From contig NW_021835653.1 of NCBI RefSeq assembly GCF_006345805.1, positions 1-33,089 of the forward strand: DNA of 33,089 bases, in the 5' to 3' direction. The notes under the pieces are model-generated. The model was not told where the DNA came from. It ran no database searches and saw only the letters and a list, made by a program, of their open reading frames with translations. Of this stretch, positions 9,441 through 21,787 are shown in pieces. A program made the position numbers and the translations under genes. Every line of letters begins with the position of its first letter. The stretch's first letter is position 1. Source of the DNA: Octopus sinensis. Taxonomy: Eukaryota.

Positions 9441-9836
9441 CTAGCAGTATCACGCGGCGTTGCTCGGGTTTGTAAGGGAAATAACTATATAAGCATTTTT
9501 AGAGATGTAAAGTATAATAGCCATCTCAATATGGCTAACCACAAAGGGGTGGGGTGTTACTGTAGCTTTTTACGTTCTGAGATTTAATAATACATTTCAG
9601 AGAGTTACTTCCCTTATATAATAGCAAAAAAATGCATTAAAATGGAAAAAAATGATGGTAAATTATTTTTAAAATCGTAGACTCATCGTAGACGCGCGCT
9701 AATACCCAGAAGGGCTCGATATGAATCACGACTATAAGATACCCGGTTTTGGTTAAACTGCACCGCAAAATGTGGGAGTAGTTAGGAATCTAAATCGTAG
9801 GAGACAGACACACAACCTTACTTTTATATATAAAGA
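9441..9836 (-). mobile_element. Non-autonomous Helitron (396 bp)
   Basis: On the minus strand it starts A|TCTTTATATATAAAAG and ends cccgagcaacgccgcgtgatactgCTAG|T. This gives 5' TC, 3' CTAG, a GC-rich subterminal hairpin-like segment and an A|T insertion site. Confidence 0.85.
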
Positions 9837-9887
9837 TATGATATTATATCATATTACCTTATATAGTATTACGTTATATATCTGTGA

Positions 9888-10105
9888 AGGCAGCGAGTTG
9901 GCAGAATCGTTAGCACGCTGGGTATAATTCTTAGCGATATTTCGCCCATCCTCACGCTCTGAGCTCAAATTCCGCCGAGGTCAACTTTGCCTTTTATCCT
10001 TTCGGGGTCGATAAATTAAGTAACAGTTGAGCCCTGGCGTCGATGTAATCGACTTAATTTCTCCTTTGAAATTTCTGGCCTTGTGCTAAAATTTGAAAGC
10101 ATTAT
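9888..10105 (+). mobile_element. SINE family A
   Basis: Head, core and tail ggccttgtgctaaaatttgaaa. Confidence 0.85.
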
Positions 10106-10892
10106 ATTTATGTGTGAACGTATATTTGTGTGCTATAAACAGATTTGTGGCTCCAATTCAAATTTTCACACAATTTCCCTTGTATGCAAACACTTGTAGT
10201 TGTTAGTGTCGCAGCGATTTAACCATTGCTCAATAGGGACCGAGCAGACCTCTGATCAAATGGGGTCCAGCCATGACTATCCCGACCCCGCCTTTTAAAG
10301 TGCATCTAGAACTACATTAACCTAATGCGCATTTCCTTATTCCAGACTGCTTGATTTGAGGGAGATCAGACTGCTATTGTTAGCATATCTAAGAATTATT
10401 TTTGGAAAGAAACTTTCAGTTATTGTTACTGATTAGCCATAGGTTTGCTCTGATCTCAAAGACATTCTTACCGTGACAATTCCACTTATTTTAATATTTA
10501 TTTATTCATTTTGCTTCAGAACACGATATATCGCTCAGCTTTTCATCAAATGACTTGTTCTTTTTCTGGCTGTATACAAAACATATTGGAACTCACAGTA
10601 AATGTTTAGTACTTAACTAGATTTACCGAATTCTCACATAAACATCTTTTCGTACTGCCATCCTCTAACTGAGACGACAACACTTTTCTCGAGATGTCAG
10701 TGTTGATGTAACGCAAATCAAAATGGTTTCACAAATAACATCAGATAGTGACAACCGTCCATGCTGACAAAAAGAAAATACAATCATGCACCCCCATGTG
10801 CTAAGACCCACCTACACCCTCTATTTCTAGTAAACCTACCCGTCCACTCCAATATTACCTCCAGTTCTATTGGTGATTTGTTTCAGAAGAAA

Positions 10893-11180
10893 CGGAAGAA
10901 GATGAAGAAGAAGAAGAAGGAGAAGAAGGAGAAGAAGAAGAAGAAGAAGAAGAAGAAGAAAAGAAGAGAAAAATGATGAGGATGATGATGAAGAAGAAGA
11001 AGAAGAAGAAGAAGAAAAGAAGAAGAAGAGAAGAAGAAGAAGAAGAAAGAAGAAGAAGAGAAGAAGAAGAAGAAGAAGAGAAGAAGAAGAAAAAGAAAGA
11101 AGAAGAAGCAGAATAAGAAGAAGAAGAAGAAGAAAGAAGAAGAAGAAGAAGAAGAAGAGAAGAAGAAAGAAGAAGAAAGA
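10893..11180. repeat. (GAA)n-rich polypurine tract
   Basis: Directly visible. Confidence 0.95.
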
Positions 11181-11317
11181 AGCAACACGGATAATATTTC
11201 AGTGATTCATTTACACACGTTTTGCTCCGTCTCACCTTTCTTTTGACACATCTTACATCAATTTTTGGCTCGGTTCAAATTGGATATATATATACAGGGC
11301 GCACATTTAGACACACG

Positions 11318-11383
11318 CACGCACACACACTGAATGAATGCGCGTGTATATATATATATATATATATTTTATATATATTATAT

Positions 11384-11442
<59 letters not shown>

Positions 11443-11567
11443 CGTATATATATAGTATATATATATATAAGTGCACGCACAGACACACTAACAAACACAC
11501 ACCACGCGCGTATACATCACATATATGCACGCGGACACAAGACACGCACACACACTGAATGAATGCG

Positions 11568-11606
<39 letters not shown>

Positions 11607-11665
11607 TGCACGCACAGACACACTAACAAACGCACACACACACATATATGCACGCGGACACAAGA
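11318..11665. repeat. Two-unit tandem duplication containing a variable (TA)n tract
   Basis: cacacacactgaatgaatgcg-(TA)n-aagtgcacgcacagacacactaacaaac...catatatgcacgcggacacaaga occurs twice. Confidence 0.8.
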
Positions 11666-12636
11666 TACGCACACACACACATACACACACAAATATGCGC
11701 ACATACATTGTCTACACATATGCTTGCTTATGTATCTATTGATGTTAGTCTTTCTCTCTCACCCCCCCTCTCTCTCTCTCTCTCACACACACGCACACGC
11801 ATACACACTCACACACACAAGCAACGAAACTTGGCTTTGCCCGAATTTTGTATTGGTGTAAATACGACACATTATTGTGGAGATTTGATACAGAAATACA
11901 CACACAAAGACACATACCACACAAACACACGCACACACACACATATACATACACACACACACATATACATATATATATATATTCACACATATATAAACAC
12001 ACACGTACATGTACACACAAACACAAACACAAACACAAATACATATGCATATATATATATATATATTATATATATATATTATATATATATAGATATATAT
12101 ATATATATATATACAGACACATCTGATAGATTAGTTGAAAGCAATAGAGTAGACCGTTTCCATGTATTGCCTATCATCTATGTTATTAACTAATTAACAT
12201 GAAAACAATTATACTTTTATGACCTGACATGAATTCAGACAAGTTTTGAGCGGTAAAGAAAATCGGCATTGTTTTAATCAAATAGCGATGGCGATATGTT
12301 TCTGGGGATAAAAGCTAAACAACACTCTGATCAGAACTGAATTCAATAAAAAGATTCTTGAACGGGCGCCTCCAGAAATTTTAGCAATGAAACGTGCATT
12401 TGTATTTTGTATGAGCTTACTCTTCTCTGAAAAACAGCCAACAACTGAAGAAGGGTCGTTCTTTATATTGTTTGTTTTGTTTTCCATTTGTGTCTTTCGT
12501 TATTCCAAAAAATAGTTCATATTCCATGTAATCGTTCTTCGTATTTTTTGTTGTACGCGTTTCATGACGTCCTGTGTCCACATATGCATATACGTATAGA
12601 TGTAAGTATGTATAGATGTAAGTATATATATATATA

Positions 12637-12900
12637 TATTATATAAAATCCGTTCTGTCTGTCTGCGTGTGTTCCAGGATCTCGGGCATCCTCCATCCGA
12701 TTGCGCTCAAATTTGATATGTAGATACCGACGGTATCAGGGCGTGTATAAGTTTTGAAAAAATTACAAAAATCGATTCCAGGTGAGAATGCGATCGATAA
12801 AGCCGTGGGAACGTGCATTTGTACACGCAAGTACAACAGCTGTTGTAATCGATACTACGCGTACGCGAGAAAAATGCACGTGCAGTTTGCGCAAAAAAAG
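12637..12900 (+). mobile_element. Probable Helitron-like non-autonomous element, 5' region
   Basis: tatataaaatccgttctgtctgtctg...ccgattgcgctcaaatttgatatg resembles Helitron 5' ends. No clean 3' CTAG end was found. Confidence 0.4.
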
Positions 12901-13946
12901 CCGGCTGGCTTGAAATAATAAGAGACCAAAAAAGTAAGATGCAAAAGAGATATTTTCTTCAAACTTGGCATGGAGGAAGGAAAGACTATTTGGTTTCTCA
13001 AGAAGTTTTTATTTGCCTTAACTTCGTTTAACAAAACCAAAATTTTTTTTGAAATAAAAGCATGCTTAATTATTTTTTAATGAAAATAAAACAACACTGA
13101 TTGCTTTTTATTCAAGGAAGAAAATACTATTTTCTTGCTAATAAATGATTTTTGTTACCTTACAGCTTTAAACCAAAAAAAGTGTATTTTTTAATGAAAG
13201 AAAACCACTATTGTATTCAATCAAGATTGTTTGAGCTTTATTTCAAGGTGAATGTAGTTAAAATACTTCAATTTTAGAAGCAAAAGACTATTTGGTTGCT
13301 TCTTAATCGTGCAATGTTTGCATTTTCACAAATTTTTTTTTTCGATGAAAATGTGATATTTTTGCATTTTTAATTATAATTGTGTTATTGTTTCAAAGGT
13401 ATTTGTGTTTTTACGGCGAGAAGACAGTTATTTCCCTAAAGTTCATTTGCATAGCATTTACATTTAAAATATGTACACCTTGCCTTTTTGCGTTGACACT
13501 AAACTTGATAACCTTAAAGGGTACGTTCTCATAAATTCATCATGCTTTTCCATCTAGATTTACCTCCAGCTAACCCATTTGCATGCATCGTTTTTGTCCT
13601 GCTTATCTTCCGTCAACCTGTAAATAACTGCACCTTCCATTTTTTTGTTGTTTTTGTACTGCTTAAAGGCACGTTTCTTTCCTGCCAAGCTTACTGTTTA
13701 AACCATGTTTATGTTCTTCCAGTCAACAGCCTTATCATTACTGATACTTTAAACTCTTCGGTTGCATATTTGTGTGAATAAAATCGTTTTTCTTTGGAAT
13801 AGAAAAAAGTCTATCTTTATTTCTTCTTTTGCTGGTGTCTGAAATTTAGGGTAAATCAGTGTTGGGAAGGTCGGACAAGTTGTTTTGAGAAAATTTGGTT
13901 TAAATGTTTGACAACTCAGCACCTTCCATTGAACTGGGGCGTTTTG

Positions 13947-13986
<40 letters not shown>

Positions 13987-13989
<3 letters not shown>

Positions 13990-14098
13990 GACGGCCCGAA
14001 GCTATAATAGAAGACACTTGCCCAAGGTGCCATGCAACGGGACTGAAACCGCAACTATGTGGTTGGGAAACAGGCTTTTTACCACACAGCCACGCTTA
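13987..14098 (-). mobile_element. SINE family B head
   Basis: gacacttgcccaaggtgcca...gggactgaa...taccacacagccacgc. Confidence 0.85.
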
Positions 14099-14482
14099 TA
14101 TATGTACCAATAGATGTGTACGTATGGTTACTGATCTTCAAGGATCAGCCTCTAAACATAAATCGTGAGGAATTTAGTGACCAATATTGCATCAACTTAT
14201 GTCAGTGTTGTATTTAAGGTTGTTGTGATTATAAATCTGTAACCTTTTCCAGCATTTAATACAAAAGACTGCTGCAACACTGTTTCGATCTCGTTCACTG
14301 ATCTTTGCTATTATCGCTATCACTCATCTCCCTTCACTATGTGTCTCTCTTCATGTGTATCTCTCATTGTCTCGCTCTCCTTCGCTTTCTCGCTCCCCAA
14401 TCTTTCTCCTACGCCCCTCTATTGCTCTTTTACTCTATTCCATTATTCCATAGACAAAGAGTGAAAGAAAGATTAAACAATA

Positions 14483-14640
14483 GGCGCAGGCGTGGCTGTG
14501 TGGTAAGAAACTTTCTTTCCGACAACATGGTTCCGGTTTCAGTGCCACTGCGTGGCACCTTGGGCAAGTGTATTTTACTATAGCCTCGGATCCACCAAAG
14601 CCTTGTGAGTAGACGGAAACTGAAAGCAGGCCCATCGTAT
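14483..14640 (+). mobile_element. SINE family B 5' half
   Basis: ggcgcaggcgtggctgtgtggtaag...ggcaccttgggcaagtg...gacggaaactgaaag. Confidence 0.9.
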
Positions 14641-14659
14641 ATATGTATATATATATATC

Positions 14660-14691
<32 letters not shown>

Positions 14692-14760
14692 CTAGAAATA
14701 TATATAATAATATATATATATATCTATATATATCTATATATATAGATATATATATATATA

Positions 14761-15660
14761 TACAATTTCTGAAAGTTTTATTTAGCCAACGAGTATAAAG
14801 ATATTTAATTTGCTATAGCGTCGTTTAGATTGTTTGTTTGTATTTTTGAAATTAGCTATTTCATCTTTAAATATGAAAATTAATTTTATTAGGTCTTTAT
14901 TATATGTGCAATATATTTATTTAGAAGATTTATTTTAGATCTTAATTATAATATTTATATAATTTATATATTTTCATTGATAATTTATATATTATTAAAA
15001 TTTATATTTTAATAATATAATAGTTTTTTGTAAAATATTTATGTAATTAGATATTGACTATTACTGATATTAGATTATGGTGGGTTTCTTACCTTTAAAA
15101 TTAATACTAAAAATTAAAATTAATATTTAACATTATAATCGATGTTTTGATATAATCATAATCGTTAAGTTTCTAGTTTGATAATAGAGTTTTTATAAGT
15201 AAAATTATTATATTATTTATTTTTAAAATATGTTTTAATATTTCTGATTATTTATTAAAATATTACAATTAACCTGAAGATTGACTGTAACCATAATTCG
15301 AATTATTATTGAATTTAAATATTGTTATTCGAATGGGTTACGGGCATGAAACGATCGTAGTGTTTTTTACTCTTATCTTATATTAACTTTTAATATTTTT
15401 TTTTTATAGTTATATAATTTATAAAAAAATAAATAAATAATAAAAAATAAATAGTAATAAAATATTATATATTTAAAATTTATAAGTTTAAATTATTTAA
15501 ATAATTTTTAAATTTTAACTTTAATTTAAAATATTTTAATTTGGAATTTTATATTTTTGATATTTTATATTTTTATATTTTTTTTAATTAATTTTATTCT
15601 ATGTTGGCTTATGATTTTCACTGTTTGATTTGCCTAATAGTGGTTTTATCTCTAATTTAA
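14761..15660 (+). mobile_element. Extremely AT-rich insert of about 900 bp inside the (TA)n spacer of a family B SINE; carries a hammerhead-like motif
   Basis: Separates the SINE 5' half (14483-14640) from its 3' half (15780-15930), with (TA)n on both sides. Strand is taken from the motif. Confidence 0.5.
15271..15366 (+). ncRNA. Type I hammerhead ribozyme-like motif with extended stem II
   Basis: CUGAAGA (15274-15280); stem II ugacuguaacc..uucgaau / auucgaau..gguuacgggca; GAA (15348-15350); palindromic stem III ACGAUCGU (15351-15358); GUA cleavage triplet. Stem I is weak. Confidence 0.5.
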
Positions 15661-15697
15661 TATAATATAATATATATATATATATACTATATATATA

Positions 15698-15770
<73 letters not shown>

Positions 15771-15779
15771 GTATATGTT

Positions 15780-15930
15780 TCGTGTGTCTGGTGTCTGTCC
15801 CCTTCACTATCACTTTACAAACCGATGTTGGTGTGTTTACGTCCCCGTAACTTAGTGGTTCGGCAAAAGATACTGAACGAATAAGTTCTAAGCTTACAAA
15901 GAATAAGTTCTGGGACCGATTCCTTCAACT
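15780..15930 (+). mobile_element. SINE family B 3' half
   Basis: ccgatgttggtgtgtttacgtccccgtaacttagtggttcggcaaaaga. Confidence 0.85.
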
Positions 15931-16202
15931 TAAGTAAACGAATTTAGAAAACTGGTGAAAGTAAAATAAAAAAGAGTTTGATGTCGCACAAACATACCAC
16001 CGCCATCATATCTCGTTACTCGCTTTCCCCTCTTTTTTATTTCTGTCATTCAATGTATGTATGTATGTATGTATATATGTATGTATGTATATATGTATGT
16101 ATGTATGTATTTATGTATGTATTTATGTATGTATGTATGTATGTATGTATGTATGTATGTATGTATGTATGTATGTATGTATGTATGTATGTATGTATGC
16201 AT

Positions 16203-16379
16203 GCGAGAGTGGGAGCGCAAATTTTCTGACTTTAAAGGTACTGTGAAAAGCCTGGCTGGAGGTGTAAGCTTCCGAGTTCTTTTATATGGCTTAGAAAAAC
16301 TGAAGGGCCGCTGCAATAAGTGTGTAAATTTGAGAGAGGAATATGTTGAATAAAATCATAATTAACTGATCCTCCTGTA
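16203..16379 (+). mobile_element. Mariner transposase C-terminal remnant and right terminus
   Basis: ..RKFSDFKGTVK...YGLEKLKGRCNKCVNLREEYVE* matches the mariner C-terminal pattern (GIxKLxxRWxKCxxxxGxY). Ends ...aactgatcctcctg|TA. Confidence 0.75.
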
Positions 16380-16583
16380 TTTTGTTTTTACCCCAATCCA
16401 GAACTTTTGGCAACTTGTACTTTTACGTTACCTTATTAATTTAATACAGCTGGTCTACTTGTTGCTGAATTATTTATTCATGCCCCAACATGACCACAGC
16501 TCTGAGCTGAAACTACAAAAAAAAAAAAAAAGGAAATGAAACATACAAACATTAATTGCGTATTCTTTATTTTAGTTTTGATA

Positions 16584-16819
16584 ATGAGTGTTGAAAAATT
16601 GCGATTAGAGCCATTTTACGCTACCTGTGAAAAAAAGAACCAAGTGCAAAGGCAGTGGCAAAAGAAATTAATGATGTGGGAGAATTGTCAACGAACGTAT
16701 GGCACGAAACTCAGACGCTTCAAGGAAGATGACATCGGCCTCGAAGACAAACAAAGGTCAGGAGGCCCTCTGTTGGGGAAGATGGGATCTTGCTTGAAAT
16801 GGTTGAACACCAGCCAAGT
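16584..16819 (+). pseudogene. Mariner (Tc1/mariner) transposase N-terminal remnant, HTH region
   Basis: Frameshifted MSVEKL..RAILRYL...SAKAVAKEINDV....NER....RRFKEDDIGLEDKQRSG...EMVEHQPS. Confidence 0.8.
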
Positions 16820-17055
16820 ATATGTTTCTTTATTACCCACAAGGGGCTAAACATAGAGGGGACAAACAAGGACAGACAAACGAATTAAGTCGACTACATC
16901 GACCCCAGTGCGTAACTGGTACTTAATTTTTCGACCCCGAAAGGATGAAAGGCAAAGTCGACTTGGGCGAAATTTGAACTCAGAACTCAGAACGGCAGAC
17001 GAAATACCGCTACGCATTTCGCCCGGCGTGCTAACGGTTCTGCCAGCTCGTCGCC
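16820..17055 (-). mobile_element. SINE family A with Tx1-like tail, inserted into the mariner remnant
   Basis: Full head, core and tail, interrupting the mariner codons Q-P-S|T-S-T-R. Confidence 0.9.
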
Positions 17056-17378
17056 AAGCGCTCGTACACTGTCGGCAGAACTTGGTCCTTCACACAGCGC
17101 CATCACTCACACCTTCATAAATTCGACCTTTTGAAGAGACGCTGTTGTGAAGCTCCTCTTGCAGTGACCAATGACTGGGGTAAATGACATGTGAACATAC
17201 GCAGACAACTGTAGGCAAATCCTCGAAATGGCCGTCGAATTGTGACTTGGGAGGAAAATTGATCTATTATCGTAATCCTAATAAGAGAAATCAGTGGCTT
17301 CATTCGGGCCAAGCTTTAAAACTTGTTGTTAAACAAGGGTGGTTTGAACAGAAGGTCTTGGTACGTGTTTGGTGGAAC
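17056..17378 (+). pseudogene. Mariner transposase remnant, continued
   Basis: RTLSAELGPSHSAI..HLHKF...RRC....RIVT..ENxIYYRNPNKRNQWLHSGQ...QKVLVRVWWN, covering the first catalytic-D region. Confidence 0.8.
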
Positions 17379-17555
17379 TTGAAAAAAAATGTCGATGAGG
17401 GGTTCACCGAAATGGTAAGTGTTCTCAGTCTTTTAAGTCGCGTCTACCACACAGCTTCTTTCGCCATAGCAATCAGAAAGGGGAAAGCAACCAGTCTTTC
17501 CCGGTCAATGGAAGGTAGCAGAGCGATATTCCCAATGGAGTCGTTTATGTGTAGA
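17379..17555 (-). mobile_element. Third Tx1-type ORF2 C-terminal fragment
   Basis: Reverse complement gctatggcgaaagaagctgtgtggtagacgcgacttaaaag...ctcatcgaca..ttcaag aligns to 5207-5298. Translation: SIGNIALLPSIDRERLVAFPFLIAMAKEAVW*TRLK. Confidence 0.75.
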
Positions 17556-17757
17556 CTGGCAGAGCAGTTAAAGCGTTAAAAAAAATCTCTGTTGCTTTTG
17601 AGCGTGCGCTTTATGTTCTGAGTTCAAATCCAGCCGAGGTCAACTTATCCCTCATGGTTGATAAAATAATGTACCACTCAAATAGTGGGGTCGAAGTTAT
17701 CGACTGATCTCCTCCCTTATTAAAATTACTGGTCTTGTACCTAAATTAGAAACTATT
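17556..17757 (+). mobile_element. SINE family A, degenerate
   Basis: ttatgttctgagttcaaatccagccgaggtcaac...ggggtcga...ggtcttgtacctaaattagaaac. Confidence 0.75.
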
Positions 17758-17800
17758 CTTATTTATATTATCATCATCTCTTGAAGCGCTGTATCATCTG

Positions 17801-17831
<31 letters not shown>

Positions 17832-17842
17832 TATATATATAT

Positions 17843-18038
17843 AAAGATGCCATGATAGATCGTTAGCCACTACAACACTTTTTCTCTTCCTTGTTTTTTC
17901 TGTGTCCCTTTCTGTAGAAGAGCATAGGCACACGAAACGTAAAAGACTTTTTCTACTCCTGAGCGTTATACTAATACATCTGTTTGTTGTGTACACCACC
18001 TGTCTTCGTCATTTGTTTTTTTTTCGTAAACTCTCCCT
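17843..18038 (+). mobile_element. TA-embedded Penelope-like repeat, copy B
   Basis: Homolog of 22-198 in the opposite orientation, with (TA)n on both sides. Confidence 0.6.
17904..17947 (+). ncRNA. Minimal type I hammerhead ribozyme-like motif (copy B)
   Basis: CUUU-CUGUAGA-A-GAGC(AUAG)GCAC-ac-GAA-ACGU-A-AAAG. Stem III palindrome and GUA triplet are intact; stem II is damaged. Confidence 0.45.
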
Positions 18039-18084
18039 ATTATATATATATCTATATATATATATATATATATATATACTATAG

Positions 18085-18149
<65 letters not shown>

Positions 18150-19252
18150 AGCTTACTATTTCGAGTTATGAGTGCATTATTCGTGAAAATGCTGCTTGTT
18201 CACAGTACCTAGTTCATACTTTTTTTTGCATTATCAGGCGGGTGGGTGTATGCGTATGTGAGTATCTTTGCGCATGCCTGCATTCGTGCACGTTTGTGCG
18301 TGTCCGTGTCTGTATATGTATTAGTGTGCGTGTGTCCCCGTGTATAACTGTATGTGTGTGTGATATGTCTAAGTATATCACATTTACTAGTATATTTCTA
18401 TATATGTCAGAGGTGCCTGTCCATGCATGAAGGTATCTGCGTGTTTTTGTGAAATTTGTGCGAATGTGTGGAATGTGAATGCGAATAGAGAGAGAGAGAG
18501 AGGGGGGGGAGAGAGAGAGTATGTGTTTGTATGTGTGTGCGTTCGTGAGTGCGTGTGTGTCTGTGTATAAGTGTTTCATGCCTAATAGTGCAATTTGATG
18601 TGTCTGCGTGCGAGCTATTCCTGAAAAATTGCATCATCATATACAGACGTATGTGCGTCTTCGTAGGCGTGTTAAAGATATTTGATTATATTGAGGCAAC
18701 ACGGAAAAAGAGCGTTATAGAGAGGGAGACGTTAAGCACAGAAAGACAGAAAGAGAGAGCGAGAGAGAAAAGGAGAGTGAGAGAGGAGAGAAGAAGGAGA
18801 GAAGAAAGAGGGGCGTATAACTAGATTTTTTTGCCATCCTTGTGTATATTGTATATATTAAATCTATGTTTGTTTCAAAAAAATGTAAAGTAGGCCTATA
18901 TTCTCTACTTCGCTTATTCAAGCGATCCAGGCATAGATTCCGTTCGCGAAACATTGTTAAAATAATCTCAGGCTACACTACAAACGACAATTACAAGAGA
19001 TGTAAACTAAAACAACAAAATATTTCTATTGATACATCGGATGTGATACAGCCATCAAACACTTGTATATATGTGCGTCTCGTCCGTGCTTGTATATCTG
19101 ACCGAACTTTATGTATGTATGTATGTATGTATGTATGTATGTATGTATGTATGTATGTATGTATATATGTATGGGCGTATATATGTACATATGTACACAT
19201 ACACACATATATATGCACATATATATACACACATAATATATGTAAATACATG

Positions 19253-19288
<36 letters not shown>

Positions 19289-19413
19289 ATACATGTATGC
19301 ATATGTTTTTATATATATTATATATATATATATATATATACATATGTATACATATATATATAACATATACATATATATATACATACATAATACACATATA
19401 CATATATATATAC

Positions 19414-19452
<39 letters not shown>

Positions 19453-20063
19453 TATATTATATATATATAATATATATAATATATATAATAAACTAATTTA
19501 TATATGTATTTACGATTGTATGTATACATATGTGTATGAATGTGTGTGTGTGCGAATGCCTTCTGTATGTAGATATATTTTTTTCTCTATGCGGCTATGA
19601 ATAACATTTATAAAAGAATCGATGGTTATGTATATGTTTATATATGTGGATACTTTCTATTATTGTTAATGTATCTTTGGTTTTATACATATGTTCCTAT
19701 ATTCATAAACAACGCATTAACACACATACACTCACTATATATACAGGTTTGTGCACGCGTTCATGACCCAGGGATATTTCTACATGTTTACACATATATT
19801 CAATTTTATTCATACAAATGAGTGCCAACATGTCGGTAAGAATGAATGTGCTCGTGAATTTATATACGTATGCCTGTGCCCGTTTATATATAAATATGTG
19901 TGTATGTATGTGCATCTGTATGTACATATATGTATTCACGCACGCACACACACATACATACATACATACATACATATATATGTATATATGTATATATAAG
20001 TATATGTGTGTGTATATATATATATATATATACATATACATACATATATATACTTATATAAAC

Positions 20064-20096
<33 letters not shown>

Positions 20097-20121
20097 CATA
20101 TGCACACACACACACACACAT

Positions 20122-20158
<37 letters not shown>

Positions 20159-20405
20159 CACATATTTATGTATTTACACGCATACACATATGAGTGCGTG
20201 TCTATGTGCGTCTCTTGTTTTCTCTATGTGTTAGTGTGTGTGAGTGTGTGTGTGTATGTGTGCATGTATATATATATATATAATCTATGTATATGATATA
20301 TAATATGTAATATATATACTTATATATATATATGTACATATATATGCATACATATATATATATACGTATGTATGTATATGAGATGTCTATATATACGTAT
20401 GTGTA

Positions 20406-20444
<39 letters not shown>

Positions 20445-21184
20445 TATGTATATAGTGTCTGTGTGTGTGTGGCTTTCAGTAAATGTGAAGGTGTGTAAAA
20501 GCGTTTGTGAAATCTAAACTTTCATAAACATTTCAATTGATTCTTAAATTTTCTTCCCTTTTTTTTTATCCATTTTCCCTCTTTCTTTCTTTATTTCCTT
20601 TTCTAGTCAACTGCTTCGATTTATCCAAGTGGAATATAATTTTCTCCGTCCGGAGGGCACCTTTTCACTGATGTTGGATGTTGATATCAAAAGGGAGACT
20701 TTATGGAAGGAAAAGAATGAGATAATGGGTGATTAAGTGAATGAAGGTGTGAACATGTAAACGAATGAGCGGAAGAACAAATAATCGATTATGGGAGATA
20801 CGACCAAGCGGTATGTGTAATTGTCACAACAAAAATATGACCGAGCTCTATGTATAATTGCTACAACACAAACAAATATAGGCCAGAAACTAATACAAAC
20901 AACTTATGAAGATCTAAGACATGACAGTAGACAGTGCAATTAAAGAAACTTGGGAAGTGAATTAAGGCCATGCGGAACGAAAGTACGTACGTTGAAGATA
21001 AAGTGTGTTTAGATGAGTGGAAGGGTGTCTTAGAGTGACTGACTTGGTACATGTTTGAGTATTCCCTGGCATTATTGCAAACGTGCAGTTATTTTTAACG
21101 GAAACTATCTCCAAATAGATAATCTGTTCACGGAAGTATAGTGCAGAGCAGAAGTTGAAGGCTCAGCAATGTATTAGGTTAGAA

Positions 21185-21390
21185 GGTGGTGAGCTGGCAG
21201 GCCGGGCAAAATGCTTAGCCGCATTTCGTCTGTCTGCATGTTCTGAGTTCAAATTCCGCCGAGGTCGACTTTGCCTTTCATCCTTTCGGGGTTGATAAAT
21301 TAAGTACCAGTTGCGTACTGAGGTCGATCTAATCGACTGGCCCCCTCCTCAGATAATTTCGACCATTGTGCTTAGAGTAGAAAAGAAAAC
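21185..21390 (+). mobile_element. SINE family A (tail type gtgcttagagtagaaaag)
   Basis: Head, core and tail. Confidence 0.9.
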
Positions 21391-21405
21391 ATTTGGTTAG
21401 AAAAA

Positions 21406-21620
21406 GGTGGCGAGCTGGCAGAATCGTTAAGCAGGTCGGACAAAATGCTTAGCGGCATTTCGTGTGTCTACACGTTCTGAGTTCAAATTTCGCCGAGGTT
21501 GACTTTGCCTTTCATCCTTTCGGGGTCGATAAAATAAGTAGCAGTTGAACACTGAGGTCGATGTAACCGACTTAGCCACTTCTCCGAAACTGCTGGCCTT
21601 GTGCCAAAATTTGAAACCAG
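21406..21620 (+). mobile_element. SINE family A (tail type gtgccaaaatttgaaacc)
   Basis: Head, core and tail. Confidence 0.9.
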
Positions 21621-21636
21621 TGAATTAGGTTAGAAG

Positions 21637-21787
21637 GGCAGCGAGCGGCATTTCGTCTGTCTTTATGTTTTGAGTTCAAATTCCGCCGAGGTCGACATTA
21701 CCTTTTACCCTTTCGTGGTGGATAAAGTAACTATCGGTTGAGTAATGGGGTCGAAATTGCTGGCCTTGTACTAAAATTTAAAATCAA
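21637..21787 (+). mobile_element. SINE family A, internally deleted
   Basis: Partial head, core and tail. Confidence 0.8.

Noticed and set aside
10625-10770. Minus-strand acceptor-like site (tttttgtcag) in unique sequence
   Set aside because: All three frames hit stops before a plausible donor.
14761-15660. Possible mitochondrial insertion (numt) suggested by extreme AT content
   Set aside because: I could not recognise any mitochondrial gene, tRNA or rRNA motif. A BLAST against the mitogenome would settle it.
21185-21787. Regularly spaced repeats reminiscent of a CRISPR array
   Set aside because: The units are about 200-bp SINEs in eukaryotic DNA, with no repeat-spacer structure or cas genes.
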